A DNA stretch of 64,000 bases, taken from Candidatus Poribacteria bacterium (lineage in GTDB: Bacteria > Poribacteria > WGA-4E > WGA-3G). The notes beneath the pieces are model-generated. The model did no database searches. It worked only from the letters and a program-made list of their open reading frames with translations, and was not told where the DNA came from. The stretch is taken from the NCBI GenBank assembly GCA_965198235.1, contig OZ240248.1, forward strand, positions 4,768,001 to 4,832,000, in the 5' to 3' direction. The translations under genes and the position numbers were made by a program. Below are positions 38,521 through 49,217 of the stretch, one piece after another; position 1 is the stretch's first letter; each line of letters begins with the position of its first letter.

Positions 38521-38550
38521 GTTTACAGGAAACTAATGGAGGTAAGAACC

Positions 38551-39543
38551 ATGATTGACCGACGTGCATTTTTAAAGTCGATGGCAAGTTTGACAACAGG
38601 CATTCTCTTGTCATCTGCGTGTGCAGAGGGTGGTGAAGAAGGAGCTACGAGTGATCATTTGGGTACTCTCCTGCCGACCCGGAGGTTTGGACGCACGGGA
38701 GAAGCTGTGACGATGCTCGGTGTAGGCGGGTGGCATATTGGGGAGATGAGCGAAGCGGAAGCTCAGAAAACGATCGAGACCGCACTTGAGGGGGGTGTCC
38801 GTTTCTTTGATAGTGCTGAATCTTATCAAGCCGGTGGGAGCGAGAGCCGTCTCGGAAAACTGCTTGTTCCAAAATATCGCGATGATGTGTTTCTTATGAC
38901 GAAAACAACCGCACCAAACGCGGTGAAAGCATGGGAACACCTTGAAGGTTCACTGACACGCTTGAATACCGATCAACTTGACCTCTGGCAGATGCATTCT
39001 GTCCGGAATCCTGCAGATGTCGATGAGCGGATTGATAACGGTATTCTTGACGTTATGTTGGAAGCAAAGGCAACCGGCAAAACGCGCTATATCGGGTTCA
39101 CTGGACATTCAAATCCAGCCGCTCATGCCCGTGTACTGGAACGGACCGATATTTTTGACACGTGTCAATTAGCGATGAATCTCGTTGACATCAGTTACGA
39201 AAGTTTCATTGAGAGAGTGGTGCCGACGCTCGTTGAGCGAAACATTGGCGTGATTGGAATGAAAGCGTTAGCGAACGGTGGTTTCTTCGGTGGTTTGCAG
39301 CACGGCAAACACGGTCCGAATCCGAAAGTTGTCCCCAATCGTGTCAGTGTCTCCGAAGCGATTCGGTTCGTCTGGTCGTTGCCCGTAAGTACACTCGTTA
39401 CCGGTCCAGACGATGCAAAGCAGATGCAAGAGAAAATTGACATTGCCAAAACCTTTACAGGCATGGACGATGACGAACGACAGGCATTAATAGAGAAGGT
39501 CGAAGATATGGCGGGGACAACCGTTGAATTTTATAAAGCCTGA
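38551..39543 (+). CDS. Aldo/keto reductase with Tat signal
   Basis: 'DRRAFLK' Tat motif; 'FFDSAESY', 'LMTK', 'LWQMH'. Confidence 0.88.
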   Translation: MIDRRAFLKSMASLTTGILLSSACAEGGEEGATSDHLGTLLPTRRFGRTGEAVTMLGVGGWHIGEMSEAEAQKTIETALEGGVRFFDSAESYQAGGSESRLGKLLVPKYRDDVFLMTKTTAPNAVKAWEHLEGSLTRLNTDQLDLWQMHSVRNPADVDERIDNGILDVMLEAKATGKTRYIGFTGHSNPAAHARVLERTDIFDTCQLAMNLVDISYESFIERVVPTLVERNIGVIGMKALANGGFFGGLQHGKHGPNPKVVPNRVSVSEAIRFVWSLPVSTLVTGPDDAKQMQEKIDIAKTFTGMDDDERQALIEKVEDMAGTTVEFYKA

Positions 39544-39580
39544 TGCTCACCTATGGGAGCGATGTTTCTAAAAACATGTC

Positions 39581-41242
39581 ATGCGGATTTTTGCTCTCTT
39601 GTGTGTCCTTATTTCTCTATGTATTCGTGCCGGAGCGGATGTTAAATTTACGGATGTCACTGATGTATCCGGCATCGAATTCCGACACTTCACTGGGGCA
39701 ACCGGTGAACGTTATATGCCTGAGACGATGGGGGCGGGTTGCGCTTTTTTCGACTACGATGCAGATGGTCATTTGGACATTCTGCTCGCGAATGGAACGA
39801 GTTTGATACCGGCAGGTCCAGCGGATACCCCGAAACTTTACCGAAACGCTGGGGATGGGCAGTTTGTTGACGTTACTGAGGCAGCAAGACTCGACGTGCC
39901 GATGTACGGTATGGGCATAGCCGCTGCCGATTACGATAACGATGCCGATCTCGATATCTACTTTACTAATGTAGGTGAAAATCGACTCTTCCGCAATAAC
40001 GGCGACAGGACTTTCACAAACGTCACCGAATTTGCAAAGGTAGGCGATTCCGGTTGGTCGACAAGCGCAGCCTTCTTCGATGCCGATAAGGACGGTTGGT
40101 TGGATCTGTTTGTTTGCAACTATGTTGAATGGACCCCTGAAACAGATGTTGCGTGTACAGTAAATCTGGCTGGTGAGAAACAATACCGGACCTATTGTAC
40201 CCCTACTGTCTATCCCGGACAATCTTGTCGTTTCTATCGCAATCAAGGCAGTGGCACATTCACGGATATGACATCACAGGCGGGGTTGTCCAATCCAATC
40301 GGGAAGTCGCTCGGCGTAACCCTTTTGGATTACAATCATGACGGATGGATCGACCTTGCGGTGGCGAACGATACCGAACCTAATTTTTTGTATCGCAATA
40401 ACGGTGATGGCACATTTACCGACGAAGCCGTGCTGATGGGTGTCGCTTTCAGTGAGACGGGGAAAGCGCGCGGAAGCATGGGGATTGATGCAGCGGATGT
40501 CTATAACAGTGGCGGCACTGCAATCGTTATCGGTAATTTTAGCAACGAGAAAACGGGATTTTTCTATACAGAACCGGGTGCTGCCTACTTCACCGATAGA
40601 GCGGATAAGGCAGGAATTGGTAAGCCAAGTTACCGTTTTTTGACGTTTGGGGCCCTGTTTTTCGATTGCGATTTGGATGGAGCACTTGACCTGTTTTGCG
40701 TTAATGGACATATTGAACCGGAGGTGCTGCGCTATCAGCAGCATACTCCTTACACACAATCCCCCTCGCTCTTCCGAAACCAGAGAAACGGAACATTTCG
40801 AGACATCACCAAAGTTGCTGGCCTCACTCGCCAAGGTGTTGGACGTGGATGTGCCTACGGTGATTACGATAATGATGGTGATGTGGACCTTCTTGTAAGT
40901 AATAACGGCGTTACCGAAGATTACGGTGGCGTGTGGCTCCTGCGTAACGATAGCGACCCTCCGTCTAACTATCTCCGAGTGAGGGTTATCGGGACCCGTA
41001 GTAATCGCGATGGAATCGGGGTGCGTGTTCGGTTAACTTTGGGGGATAGCGTTCAACAGCAAATCGTCCGTACCGGTGGCAGCTACTGTTCCCAAAGCGA
41101 AATGACATTGACCTTCGGATTGGGAAAAAGCGAAACGGGTGCGCAACTTGAAATCCTATGGCCCTCTGGTGAGATAGACCAGTACGCAGAACTTGAGGCG
41201 AATCAACTTATAGAGGTAGTCGAAGGAGGGTCCCAAAAATGA
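39581..41242 (+). CDS. CRTAC1-family (FG-GAP + ASPIC/UnbV) protein
   Basis: Many DYDNDG repeats; 'SNRDGIG', 'GSYCSQ', 'FGLG', 'WPSG'. Confidence 0.9.
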   Translation: MRIFALLCVLISLCIRAGADVKFTDVTDVSGIEFRHFTGATGERYMPETMGAGCAFFDYDADGHLDILLANGTSLIPAGPADTPKLYRNAGDGQFVDVTEAARLDVPMYGMGIAAADYDNDADLDIYFTNVGENRLFRNNGDRTFTNVTEFAKVGDSGWSTSAAFFDADKDGWLDLFVCNYVEWTPETDVACTVNLAGEKQYRTYCTPTVYPGQSCRFYRNQGSGTFTDMTSQAGLSNPIGKSLGVTLLDYNHDGWIDLAVANDTEPNFLYRNNGDGTFTDEAVLMGVAFSETGKARGSMGIDAADVYNSGGTAIVIGNFSNEKTGFFYTEPGAAYFTDRADKAGIGKPSYRFLTFGALFFDCDLDGALDLFCVNGHIEPEVLRYQQHTPYTQSPSLFRNQRNGTFRDITKVAGLTRQGVGRGCAYGDYDNDGDVDLLVSNNGVTEDYGGVWLLRNDSDPPSNYLRVRVIGTRSNRDGIGVRVRLTLGDSVQQQIVRTGGSYCSQSEMTLTFGLGKSETGAQLEILWPSGEIDQYAELEANQLIEVVEGGSQK

Positions 41243-42042
41243 AACTATGGATGTATGGATGCCTCTTTCTGGTAATCTTAGGGCTAATTATTGGATGTCA
41301 AGACAACGAAAGGATTTCGACTAAAAAAAAATCCGCATCCACGACATCCACAAAGCCCTCGGTTTCACCCTCGGCACAGGACTACAATAACAGCGGGATT
41401 GCTTACCAACGTGCAGGGAGACTGCAAGAGGCAGCGGCGGCTTATCGACAGGCTATCGAGATAAGACCGACGTTGATTGAGGCGCATCATAACTTAGGCA
41501 CGGTGTATGTGATGCAGGGGAAGCTTGTGGAGGCGATTGTTGCGTATAAGCGCGTTATTCAGTTACGCCCCGACATGGCAGATGCCTATGTTGATTTAGG
41601 TAGAGCCTATGGGTTCGCAGGGCAACTTGATGAAGCGATTGTTGAATACCAAAAGGCACTTACCCGCGACGCTACCCTCGTCTACGCTCACTATGGAATC
41701 GGTGTCGCTTACAGACATAAAGGCATGTTTCCCGAAGCCATCGCGGCACTTGAGAAGACGATAACCCGGCGACCTGACTTCGTCGAGGCACTCATGCAGC
41801 TGGGTTATATCTATCGAGAAACAGAACAGTTTACCGACGCTGTGGAAATCTTCACCACGGTTACGCGAATCCATCCAACAGACGCTACAGCGTACCATGA
41901 ACTCGGGGTCTGCTATACAAAAGCGGACGCGTATATAGAAGCTATTAAGGCTTTTGAAAGAGCCTTACAACTCAATCCAGATGCTGTTGAGACGCAAAAT
42001 CTCTTGCGGGTTGCCCAAGCGCGTGTGGCGCGTCAAAAGTAG
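41239..42042 (+). CDS. TPR lipoprotein
   Basis: Lipobox-like 'IIGC' and six TPRs. Confidence 0.85.
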   Translation: MKLWMYGCLFLVILGLIIGCQDNERISTKKKSASTTSTKPSVSPSAQDYNNSGIAYQRAGRLQEAAAAYRQAIEIRPTLIEAHHNLGTVYVMQGKLVEAIVAYKRVIQLRPDMADAYVDLGRAYGFAGQLDEAIVEYQKALTRDATLVYAHYGIGVAYRHKGMFPEAIAALEKTITRRPDFVEALMQLGYIYRETEQFTDAVEIFTTVTRIHPTDATAYHELGVCYTKADAYIEAIKAFERALQLNPDAVETQNLLRVAQARVARQK

Positions 42043-42197
42043 TTCATAATTAAGTGTGTTAATTTACTGGCACAAGTTGTACCGTTATTGTCAGGGCGGA
42101 CGTGCCACAATTTCCTGCTTCCCTGCTTGAAAAAGAGGTTTTCAAGTAGAGAACAAAAGGGGTCTGTGGAATTCCTATGAATTCCAAAGGAGGAAAA

Positions 42198-43025
42198 ATG
42201 CGTCGAGTTATACTTTTTACGATATTGATAGCACTGTTTTCCGTGCTAACTTTTCTTGTGAACGCTGCGGATATTGAGGATGGACTTTGGATGTATCTAC
42301 CCTTGAACGAAGGGGCGGGACAACTGGTCGCTGACCACGGACCCAACGAATTCAAGACGGAACTCAGTAAAAGCGCACCGAAATGGGTTGATGCGAAGCA
42401 CGACGATATCGGAAAAGCCATGGAATTTGATGGCAAGGCGACCTTCGTCAAAATTGATATGGCGGGTCAGGGGAAAGACATAGATTCTCACTTTGACAAG
42501 AAGGACGGGATTACTATTTGTGCGTGGGTGAAGGTGTTAAAAGTCGGGACTGATGGCCACGGACAAACCCGTCAGCCCATCGTCATGAAAGGTGCCGGTG
42601 GGCAGTGGGAGTTTTCCCTCTATATCTATGACGACTTCGGTGCTGGTATGTCAGTTTGGACGTGTCCCGGTTCAGGGGTCTCAGAACCACACGGTGCAGG
42701 CACGGCGCCGCAAGGCAAGTGGATCCACCAATGCGGCACGTTTCAATTGGAGGAAGGTGTACGCGTTTACGTTGATGGCGAAAAAGATCCGGTCGCGCAA
42801 GCACCAGATAATGGCAACGGTCCCTGCGAGGCTGGAGATCGTCCTGTATTTATTGCCCACCGTGAGGATGGACAGTGGTTAAATGCAGTTATTGCTGAGG
42901 TCTATATGTGGGACCGCGTGATTGATGTTGATGAGATGAATCTCACTATGAACAACATTGGCGGATTGGCGGTTCAACCGGGAGGTAAACTGTCAACGAC
43001 CTGGGGCAACATAAAACGTCGCTGA
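42198..43025 (+). CDS. Secreted LamG/ConA-like protein with C-terminal TTWG tail
   Basis: Signal peptide; 'ITICAWVK', 'YVDG', 'IAEVYMWDR'; tail VQPGGKLSTTWGNIK. Confidence 0.82.
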   Translation: MRRVILFTILIALFSVLTFLVNAADIEDGLWMYLPLNEGAGQLVADHGPNEFKTELSKSAPKWVDAKHDDIGKAMEFDGKATFVKIDMAGQGKDIDSHFDKKDGITICAWVKVLKVGTDGHGQTRQPIVMKGAGGQWEFSLYIYDDFGAGMSVWTCPGSGVSEPHGAGTAPQGKWIHQCGTFQLEEGVRVYVDGEKDPVAQAPDNGNGPCEAGDRPVFIAHREDGQWLNAVIAEVYMWDRVIDVDEMNLTMNNIGGLAVQPGGKLSTTWGNIKRR

Positions 43026-43073
43026 CAGTTTTGAAAGGGCAGTTGAAAAACCGCCCCTTATGTTCTTCTCTCT

Positions 43074-44576
43074 TCAGGGTTGCTCGTAGTATTCACCGAG
43101 ATGACTCGCAACCAGCGTCAAGTCTAAGATGTTTACTGTATTGTCTCCGTTAACATCAGCAGGCGTGGGTCCCTCCTGTCCGAAATTCAATCTCACCAAC
43201 ACCAGGTCTAAAATGTTAACGAAATTATCTTCGTTGACATCCCACGCGGGTGTCGATCGTTCAACTATCTCACTATCCGCGGTTTCCACAGGTGTGGGTT
43301 CAACTATCTCGCTATCTTCAGTTTCCACAGGTGTGGGTTCGACTGTCTCACCATCTTCAGTTTCCACAGGTGTGGGTTCAACTATCTCGCTATCTGCGGT
43401 TTCTGTAGGTGTGGGTTCAACTGTCTCACCATCTTCAGTTTCCACGGGTATGGGTTCAACTATCTCACCATCTTCGATCCTCACCGGCAGTGGTATCCCC
43501 TCACTACTCACAAGCATCACGTCATCAAGAGACAACATTGATGCCTTTGCGGCAACCACTTCAAATGCAATCGCCAGGAGAACCCCGTGTGTGCTCTCCG
43601 CTTTCATAGGGGCAGTCACGACGAAGGATACCCGATCTGACTCAACAGTTGCAGGAGCAGCAAAAACATCACCAGAGAGATAGGTCCCCTGCTGCCACAA
43701 AACGTAGCGAAGTGCCTCCGGGTCGAATTGGACTGATAACTGATAACCCCGGACGTTTTGCGCGTTGGCGACGACAACAGCGATACCAAATTGTTCTCCA
43801 ACATCAGGTGACTCGATTGACGCAGGCACGATCCTGACAATTGCCACAGTTTCGATGTCCAGCAACACAGCGAGTTCATTGATCCCATCAGGATCTTGGA
43901 GCAATACATGAAGATCCGGGTCGTTAATGAGGGTATTGACTTCAGGATCCTCCTTGAGAAGTATCAGAAATCTGTCATCAATCTCTGGGACAATTATTTC
44001 CAATAGATCTGGATTTTCGGCTATCAGTTTTATCATTGCGGGTCGTAAGAGTGCCTGTGTGTCCGGTTGCTTGAGTGTTGTGAGAACATCAGGGAGCAAT
44101 TCCTGAATGTCTTCGCGTTGAAAGAGGCGTTCATACCTTTCAAAGATCAGTGTTGCGAGAGAGGGTTTAGCGGCTTCAAGGAGATGTGTGAGTTCATCAA
44201 TCGCATCTGGCATTTGGAGTAAGGTTTGAACGTCCGGATCGCTGAATAAGACTCGGATGTCGGAGTCCTCTTGTTTTAGTAAGGTTATGAATTCATCACT
44301 GATCTCCGGGACGATTCTTTTCAGGAGGTCAGGGTTTTCCAGAACAGCCTCAATAAGAACAGGCGTTAGGAGCTTTTGATTCTCCGGTTTCTTGAGTTCG
44401 ACAAGGACCTCTGGTAGGACTGCTTGAACGTCTTCACTGAGCAGGATTGTTTGATGTTTCTGAAATACCTGCTCAGCGAGTGAGGGCATTTGGGCAGCGA
44501 TCTTCATTGCGAAGATTACACACATGCCTATGGTGAAAATAGATAAAAGGTGTTTTGAGAAAATACGAGACATCAT
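43074..44576 (-). CDS. Secreted protein: duplicated helical domain + cohesin + acidic PT linker + dockerin-like domain
   Basis: Signal peptide from 44576; cohesin-like 'VRGYQLSVQFDPEAL'; paired EF-hand-like 'DVNEDNFVNILDL' and 'DVNGDNTVNILDL'. Confidence 0.8.
   Translation of the reverse strand: MMSRIFSKHLLSIFTIGMCVIFAMKIAAQMPSLAEQVFQKHQTILLSEDVQAVLPEVLVELKKPENQKLLTPVLIEAVLENPDLLKRIVPEISDEFITLLKQEDSDIRVLFSDPDVQTLLQMPDAIDELTHLLEAAKPSLATLIFERYERLFQREDIQELLPDVLTTLKQPDTQALLRPAMIKLIAENPDLLEIIVPEIDDRFLILLKEDPEVNTLINDPDLHVLLQDPDGINELAVLLDIETVAIVRIVPASIESPDVGEQFGIAVVVANAQNVRGYQLSVQFDPEALRYVLWQQGTYLSGDVFAAPATVESDRVSFVVTAPMKAESTHGVLLAIAFEVVAAKASMLSLDDVMLVSSEGIPLPVRIEDGEIVEPIPVETEDGETVEPTPTETADSEIVEPTPVETEDGETVEPTPVETEDSEIVEPTPVETADSEIVERSTPAWDVNEDNFVNILDLVLVRLNFGQEGPTPADVNGDNTVNILDLTLVASHLGEYYEQP
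43260..43476 (-). repeat. Coding tandem repeat, 39 bp, about 5.5 copies (EDGETVEPTPVET)
   Basis: Repeated gtttccacaggtgtgggttcaactatctc units. Confidence 0.9.
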
Positions 44577-44687
44577 CTGAAGAAAATAGTAAACGTTACT
44601 TCGCTTTAACGCGATTTTAGAACAGAGCAATTTATAGTGCATTATAAAATAAATAGGTATTTCGAGAGAGCAGATCCGCCTCTCTAT

Positions 44688-44716
44688 CGCTGGTGGGGTT
44701 TGTAACCCCATCGGTG
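44688..44716. repeat. REP-like palindrome ggggtttgtaacccc
   Basis: Same core as the copies at 61720-61789. Confidence 0.65.
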
Positions 44717-44826
44717 TATCGTTTATAGATGTGTCGCAGCTTATGGGAAACCCGTAAACCGCGACAACATACTCACAAATATTAGTTCCGGGACGTGTCC
44801 GTGCGAAGGGACACGACCTATACCGG

Positions 44827-45609
44827 CTAAGCCATTATTTCTTCCGAAGTCGGATTCATTTTGAACCCGCCCGCCATAATGTTGTTGTAAGGTTCTTGCG
44901 GATCTCGCCCGACGGGTCGCATTTCAGGCTTATGGTATCCGAATCTAACGGCTTTTCGCCACTGATCTGTCCGATTGACTTCAGACCAGTGAATCAGGCA
45001 ATAACTGAAGAAAATGACATCCCCTGCTTTTGCCGGAATCGGAATCGAGTCAATGAAATCTGGGTGGAATTTATCAGTCGGCAGATGCGGTGCTGTTCCT
45101 TCACCTCTGATGTGTTCCCGGGGTCCCTCTTTATGGCTACTGGGGACAACCCGCAGGGCACCACTTTCAAAGGGAGCGTCGTCAAGATGGACGAGGCAAT
45201 CAACAAAGTCAAGTCCATCATGTGGATAGAAGGGGTAATCCTGGTGCATCGGAAACGGTGTCCCTTTTTCCGGCGGCTTTGCGTGTAACACGGTATGGTG
45301 CCATTGAATGGTATCACCGATGAGTGATTGCACCGCGCCCGTCAGCCGTTCGTGGAAAATCGCCCTACCCCATGCGGCGGAGTAGAAATGGGGGTTGTGC
45401 ATAAAGACAGCCTTTGTCGTCTGCTGGTCCTCCTCTTTGAGGTAGCGTGTGCGCCAAGGTCCGGGCCAACCGATTGTTTCCTGCCCCCAATTATTGATAA
45501 TCCGCACCATTTCAGATGCCAGTTCTTTCGTTTCCACTGGTGCGAAGAGTTGGTCTACCTTGAGATAACCGTTCTCATGGTAAAATTCGACCTGTTCTTG
45601 CGTTAGCAT
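44827..45609 (-). CDS. PhyH-family dioxygenase
   Basis: 'FYHENGYL', 'HQD', 'GALRVVPSSH', 'GDVIFF...IHWS'. Confidence 0.9.
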   Translation of the reverse strand: MLTQEQVEFYHENGYLKVDQLFAPVETKELASEMVRIINNWGQETIGWPGPWRTRYLKEEDQQTTKAVFMHNPHFYSAAWGRAIFHERLTGAVQSLIGDTIQWHHTVLHAKPPEKGTPFPMHQDYPFYPHDGLDFVDCLVHLDDAPFESGALRVVPSSHKEGPREHIRGEGTAPHLPTDKFHPDFIDSIPIPAKAGDVIFFSYCLIHWSEVNRTDQWRKAVRFGYHKPEMRPVGRDPQEPYNNIMAGGFKMNPTSEEIMA

Positions 45610-46527
45610 GTTCAGACTCCTTATCGCTATTGAATGTTTCGCGCGAATGACAGAAACTGTTAGTTGCTCTAAATTTTACTTTAAAACCGTATATTTGTCA
45701 ATTTGCTTTTACGAGCAATCAGCAAGCAGCGGTCAGTAAGGTCGCGAGTATGTGGTGCGATTCAGAAATATAGAAAAGAAAATGTGGCGCGTTTCAGAGT
45801 ATTCAGAGTGGGCGGCGGAATATTGAGGTTATGCTAAGTGAACATTAACTTTCACGGAGGCTTCACGGAGGTTTTTATCGTCATAGGCGGGCCGTGGGTT
45901 CCCAAGATTCAACATACCCCTTCTCCGTGAAAAAACAGATGTGAAATTATATTTATCATATCGTATCAGTATTTTTTGAGACTATACGCTCTTATCTTTT
46001 AGGGTTAGTTCCTTAACTTAGGTGGGATATAAACAATTGGGTTGAGGGGTTCATCCTTACGCGATGCCCCTGCGATTTCGCTTCTTGAAAATACTTAACA
46101 GAAAAAAGCGTTGTGGTATCACCCGAAGATAGCCCCAGCGGAGCGATGGGTCTATACTGACATAGACAATCCGCTCAATCGCTGGGACGAGGACAACGTT
46201 AGTTCACATATCTCTAACAACATTTTGATTAAAATAATTTTCTGATATGTTATCTTAGTGAAGTGCTGTGTGAGAACGTCGCATCGCACACCTCATGAAA
46301 AACGGCCCCTCCTTGCTTATAAAATTTCATAGCAGGTATGAAAGAAATCTTTGTCGAAAATCGGGAAAAGTCCAGTTGTGGCATAGGTTTACAGCTTTTT
46401 CTAAAATCTGCCCTTTTCTGATTTTGCTATGAAAACTGTGAAACGCTCGCGATCCCTTTTCGGAATTATTCACCGATAGAGAGGAGATGCTATAGCCATT
46501 CGATTTGCTGTCGATTCTATGAAATAA

Positions 46528-46552
46528 GTCGGGATCCGGAGATCCCTCCTAC
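46528..46552 (-). repeat. GTAG-REP
   Basis: Minus strand gtaggagggatctccggatcccgac. Confidence 0.75.
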
Positions 46553-46653
46553 GGTAGAACTGAATGACTCTGGCACACCTAAAACAAATGCTTGCATTAA
46601 TGTGCAATCTATTGTATGATAGTCGCATCCCGTATCAAGGAGAAAAGGAAGCA

Positions 46654-48159
46654 ATGAGTCTTTTGGGTATAGATGTTGGAACAACGGGGTGTAAGGTTAT
46701 CGCCTTTCGCGAAAATGGGACGACTCTCGCACAGGCGTATGGCGAGTATCCGTTGATCCATCCGCAACCCGGTTGGTCAGAACTGGACGCGAATGCCGTC
46801 TGGGAAAATATATCGGCTGGCATTCAACAGGTTGCATCACAAACGAAATCCGATCCAATTGAGGCAATCAGTGTCGCTTCACAAGGTGAAGCGGTAACAC
46901 CAGTATCCGCCGATGGACAGATTTTAGCAAACGCAATCACCACTTTCGATGCTCGGACAACCGGCATCTGTGATAGGTTGAAGCAACAGATAACGCCTTT
47001 AGAGGTAATGGAAATCACTGGCATGCCAATGAGCGATATTCATACCTTGGCGAAACTTATCTGGATGCAGCAGAATCAACCTGACCTCTACCGACAGGTA
47101 TGGAAATTCCTCGGTTTTGAGGATTTCGTCTATTTCAAACTCGGTGTCCCGCCGGTGGTGGACTACTCTCTCGCTGCGCGCACGATGGCATTTGACATTA
47201 TCAACAAGGCTTGGTCAGAAAAAATGTTCGGCTTGGCAGATGTAGACACCGCACTCTTTCCAGACGCGGCACCATCGGGTACACCGATTGGTGAGGTTAG
47301 CACGAAGGTCGCTGATGAGCTCGGTCTCCCGCAAGGCGTGGTATGCGTTACGGGTGGACATGATCAGCCGTGCGGTGCCTTAGGTGCGGGGATTATTCGG
47401 AGCGGCGAGGTGATGGACGCAACTGGCACCGTTGAATGTATCGCACCTGCTTTCACAGAACCCGTCATCAACCAAGACATGATAGATGGGAATTTCGCCT
47501 GTTATCCGCACGTTGTTGATGGGTTGTATGTCACACTGGGGTTTGTATCCAGTGGCGGCGTTGTGCTGCGATGGTTTAGAGATACACTCGCGCAAGCAGA
47601 AGTCGCCCAAGCAGAGGCAGAAGGACGCGATGTCTACGATTTACTGATGGAGGCACTCCCTGATTCTTCTGGGACAGCGATGGTGCTGCCACACTTCACC
47701 GGTTCAGGCACGCCCCATCTTGATCTCGAATCGAAGGGAGCAATTGTCGGGTTGACGCTTTCGACCACGAAAGGCGAGCTTATCAAAGGGATTCTGGAAG
47801 GTATTAGCTACGAAATTAAACAAAATCTCGCTATGCTTCAAGACGCAGGGGTTGTGATAAACGAGGTGCGTGCCATCGGTGGCGGCGCGAAATCCGAAAA
47901 ATGGCTCCAACTCAAAGCGGATATGTTTGGGAAAAAGGTGATTGCCCTTGATATATCGGAGGGTGTCTGTCTCGGCACCGCTATCCTTTCTGGTACAGCA
48001 ATAGGCAAGTATGATTCCATTGAAACGGCGGTCGAGCAGTTGGTCACGCCACGCGATGTGTACTATCCACGTGAGGAGTTCGCGCAGCGTTACGATGAGA
48101 AGTTGAAAGCCTATGAACAGATTTATCCCGCACTTCGCGCCCTGAATTACCAGTTATAG
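46654..48159 (+). CDS. FGGY-family carbohydrate kinase (xylulokinase-like)
   Basis: 'GIDVGTTGCK', 'GGHDQ', 'GGGAKS'. Confidence 0.9.
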   Translation: MSLLGIDVGTTGCKVIAFRENGTTLAQAYGEYPLIHPQPGWSELDANAVWENISAGIQQVASQTKSDPIEAISVASQGEAVTPVSADGQILANAITTFDARTTGICDRLKQQITPLEVMEITGMPMSDIHTLAKLIWMQQNQPDLYRQVWKFLGFEDFVYFKLGVPPVVDYSLAARTMAFDIINKAWSEKMFGLADVDTALFPDAAPSGTPIGEVSTKVADELGLPQGVVCVTGGHDQPCGALGAGIIRSGEVMDATGTVECIAPAFTEPVINQDMIDGNFACYPHVVDGLYVTLGFVSSGGVVLRWFRDTLAQAEVAQAEAEGRDVYDLLMEALPDSSGTAMVLPHFTGSGTPHLDLESKGAIVGLTLSTTKGELIKGILEGISYEIKQNLAMLQDAGVVINEVRAIGGGAKSEKWLQLKADMFGKKVIALDISEGVCLGTAILSGTAIGKYDSIETAVEQLVTPRDVYYPREEFAQRYDEKLKAYEQIYPALRALNYQL

Positions 48160-48201
48160 ACTCTATTTTATTTTAATGTGTGCCTATGGGAAAGCCGATT
48201 T

Positions 48202-49170
48202 ATGAAGGAATATGTTGTAGGTATTGACATCGGTGGGACGAAACTCGCTACTGTTGTGGCTGATAAGACCGGACATATCCTCGGCAAGGTGCGTAAACCG
48301 ACACTCTCAGAAAAGGGACCGGAATATGCAATCGGCTTGCTGTTTGATATGGTTCGTGAGGCTGTCAGTCAAGTTGGCTTGGAACAGGCATCTATTTCAG
48401 CGATAGGCGTGAGTTGTGGCGGTCCGTTGGATACGAAAACTGGGATTGTCTATTCGCCTCCGAATTTACCCGGATGGGACGCACTACCGCTTAAGGCACG
48501 GCTGGAATCCGAATTTCAGGTGCCGGTAATGATTGAGAACGACGCGAATGCCAGTGCGCTCGCAGAGTTCAGGTTTGGCGGTGGACGCGGCTACAATGCC
48601 GTCCTCTATATGACGATGAGTACAGGAATCGGGGGTGGTATTGTTATTGACGGGCAGGTTTACCACGGAGCCAACGACAGTGCCGGTGAGGTAGGGCATC
48701 AGATACTTCTACCGAATGGGCCGCGCTGCGGATGTGGTAAACAGGGATGCCTTGAGGCACTCTGCTCCGGTCCTGCTATCGCACGCCGCGCACAAGCCGC
48801 GATACAAAAGCAACTTGCGGGTGAAAAGGTATCAACAGCAATGTTACCCCTTGCCAATGGACGTATTGAAGATGTCAAGTCGGAGCATGTACTCGCGGCG
48901 GCGCGCATGGGTGATGCTTTAGCTTTGGAACTTGTTCAGGAGACAGCGTATTACATGGGTTGGGGTATCGCAAATTTGGTCAACATCTTAAACCCCGACA
49001 TCGTTTTACTCGGAACTATCGCAGTTGCCGCTGGCGATCTTTTGCTCGACCCGATTCGGGAGACGGTTTTGAAGTTCGCTATGCCCCGCTCCGCAGAAGC
49101 GGTTAATATCGCGCCTGCCCAATTAGGTGATGCGTTGGGTGACCTCGCTGCCGTCGCATTAGTCGTCTGA
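48202..49170 (+). CDS. ROK-family sugar kinase
   Basis: 'GIDIGGT', 'ENDANA', 'GEVGH', 'CGCGKQGCLE'. Confidence 0.92.
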   Translation: MKEYVVGIDIGGTKLATVVADKTGHILGKVRKPTLSEKGPEYAIGLLFDMVREAVSQVGLEQASISAIGVSCGGPLDTKTGIVYSPPNLPGWDALPLKARLESEFQVPVMIENDANASALAEFRFGGGRGYNAVLYMTMSTGIGGGIVIDGQVYHGANDSAGEVGHQILLPNGPRCGCGKQGCLEALCSGPAIARRAQAAIQKQLAGEKVSTAMLPLANGRIEDVKSEHVLAAARMGDALALELVQETAYYMGWGIANLVNILNPDIVLLGTIAVAAGDLLLDPIRETVLKFAMPRSAEAVNIAPAQLGDALGDLAAVALVV

Positions 49171-49217
49171 AAATTGCTTACTATCTACTCGCTTATGTCG
49201 GATTGGAAAGGAACGAA

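Noticed and set aside
43260-43476. 39-bp periodic repeats as a possible CRISPR array
   Set aside because: There are no unique spacers, the units are in-frame codon repeats of a protein linker, and no cas genes are present.
44577-44711. N-terminal extension 'MGLQTPP...' of the cohesin/dockerin ORF
   Set aside because: The ATG comes from a REP-like palindrome; the signal peptide starts at 44576.
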